Shown here in pieces: positions 63,790 through 64,000 of a stretch of 64,000 nucleotides of DNA (its first letter is position 1; every line of letters begins with the position of its first letter). The position numbers and the translations under genes were made by a program. The stretch is from contig NC_086098.1 in NCBI RefSeq assembly GCF_963921235.1, positions 1,550,001 through 1,614,000 of the forward strand, given 5' to 3'. The notes below the pieces were generated by a model, which searched no databases, was not told where the DNA came from, and saw only the letters and a program-made list of their open reading frames with translations. This stretch comes from Mobula hypostoma (lineage: Eukaryota).

Positions 63790-64000
63790 TTTTTGTGGAC
63801 TTGTTTCTTTGTATAAACCCATTGGGTAAAAGTCTAATATCTACTATTCGTGATAAATTAGCGACCTTGAGGCGTGCCCCCTTTGATAAAATTAGAACTG
63901 CCTGGGAGCATGATTTAAATATTTCTCTGTCCAACGAGGTTTGGGATTCAATTCTTAACTCAGTTAACTCAAACCCTTTATGTGCTCACTACTGCCTTTT
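63790..64000 (+). mobile_element. L1 ORF2 C-terminal fragment (runs off the window)
   Basis: INPLGKSLISTIRDKLATLRRAPFDKIRTAWEHDLNISLSNEVWDSILNSVNS is homologous to ORF 26608-27303. Confidence 0.85.

Overview
This is non-genic, repeat-saturated eukaryotic DNA. The mix of CR1 (esterase ORF1), Rex1/Babar, L1, Penelope-type and Tc1 relics suggests a cartilaginous fish, probably a ray; that is an inference, not a database result. Bases 1-25573 are a 30-bp satellite (TCCCGGCATGCCATGTTAGAGTTACTGAGT) with nested higher-order repeats up to about 12.4 kb, and its long ORFs are artefacts of the unit. The remaining 38 kb is nested transposable elements: many CR1 LINE pieces (one intact ORF1, one intact 518-aa ORF2 C-terminal half), a 5'-inverted (twin-primed) L1 with a 14-bp TSD, a Gypsy 5' LTR with PNMA-like gag, a Rex1/Babar copy, an ~8-kb interrupted (AGAATC/AGAAAC)n tract, a hAT (Tip100-like) transposon with TIRs and an 8-bp TSD inside a Tc1 derivative, and Penelope-type fragments. 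I could not confidently identify a host gene; only weak exon candidates were seen. I found no convincing novel biological system. The most interesting observations concern satellite architecture and possible origin, and retrotransposition mechanics.
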